A DNA stretch of 36,877 nucleotides from Candidatus Micrarchaeota archaeon. Its GTDB lineage: Archaea > Micrarchaeota > Micrarchaeia > Anstonellales > J096. Shown here one piece after another: positions 36,568 through 36,877 of the stretch (its first letter is position 1; every line of letters starts with the position of its first letter). Where the stretch lies: contig JAADEL010000049.1 in NCBI GenBank assembly GCA_013153395.1, positions 1 through 36,877 of the forward strand, in the 5' to 3' direction. Below the pieces are notes generated by a model. That model searched no databases and was not told the DNA's origin. It saw only the letters and a list, made by a program, of their open reading frames with translations. The translations under genes and the position numbers were made by a program.

Positions 36568-36857
36568 TTTTGTTCTTTTTCTTTAACTTTTTTAACCTTC
36601 CCAGGGTAAAATAGATATATACCCTGGGTAGGGTAGTCGTGAGGGCGAAAACTCCAAGTGACGTTGGAATTTTGTTTGGTTTTATGTTCTTTGATGGTGA
36701 TTAGAAATGCCTAAATATGGTAAATTAAGACGACCAAAAAATTCCAAGTGACCTTTTTCCACCTAAGACGACCAACTCAGATCCCTTTTCCAAACCGGTC
36801 TCACTTGGAATTTTCACCAACCTTTTTAACCCTTTGGTCCTATACAAAAAATGACGG
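36568..36857 (+). promoter_or_regulatory. Putative CRISPR leader (AT-rich, non-coding, internally repeated)
   Basis: No ORF, several 12-15 bp repeats, TTTTTAA at 36823-36829, abuts a repeat-like sequence. Confidence 0.5.
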
Positions 36858-36877
36858 GTTTGAATAAGACCTATGAG
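36858..36877 (+). CRISPR. Probable first CRISPR repeat, truncated by the window edge
   Basis: GTTTGAATAAGACCTATGAG resembles the 5' two-thirds of 30-nt thermophile repeats (GTTnnAATAAGAC...ATTGAAAN). Only one partial copy is visible. Confidence 0.5.

Overview
A very compact, gene-dense stretch of an archaeal chromosome. It is most likely from a thermophilic DPANN-type lineage, inferred from the stand-alone 23S rRNA gene, trimmed proteins, overlapping genes, TATA boxes 20-27 nt before start codons, K/E-rich proteins and GC-rich rRNA. Most genes are informational. DNA repair/replication: PINA-like ATPase, Hef helicase, PolB, intein-containing Topo VI A, Lhr, a metallophosphoesterase, a RecJ-like DHH protein and Topo IA. 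Translation and tRNA modification: Pth2, TruD, DRG GTPase, Sua5, Elp3, MtaB, ThiI, Pus10 and tRNA-Leu(UAA). Also present are a peroxiredoxin, a Ca2+/cation antiporter, a GT4 glycosyltransferase, an M20 peptidase, several orphan ORFs and one decayed AAA+ ATPase pseudogene. The most notable signals are: (1) an unlinked 23S gene closed by a perfect 35-bp helix with no bulge-helix-bulge and carrying substitutions in the peptidyl-transferase centre; (2) a 399-aa Ser/Thr intein at the TOPRIM DxD motif of Topo VI A; (3) a 173-aa minimal RNA ligase heading a PINA-Hef cluster; (4) a secreted DUF2202 ferritin-like protein with a KPWW C-terminal tail; (5) a repeat-rich non-coding end that looks like a CRISPR leader running into a truncated first repeat. 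All calls come from reading motifs by eye; no database searches were run.
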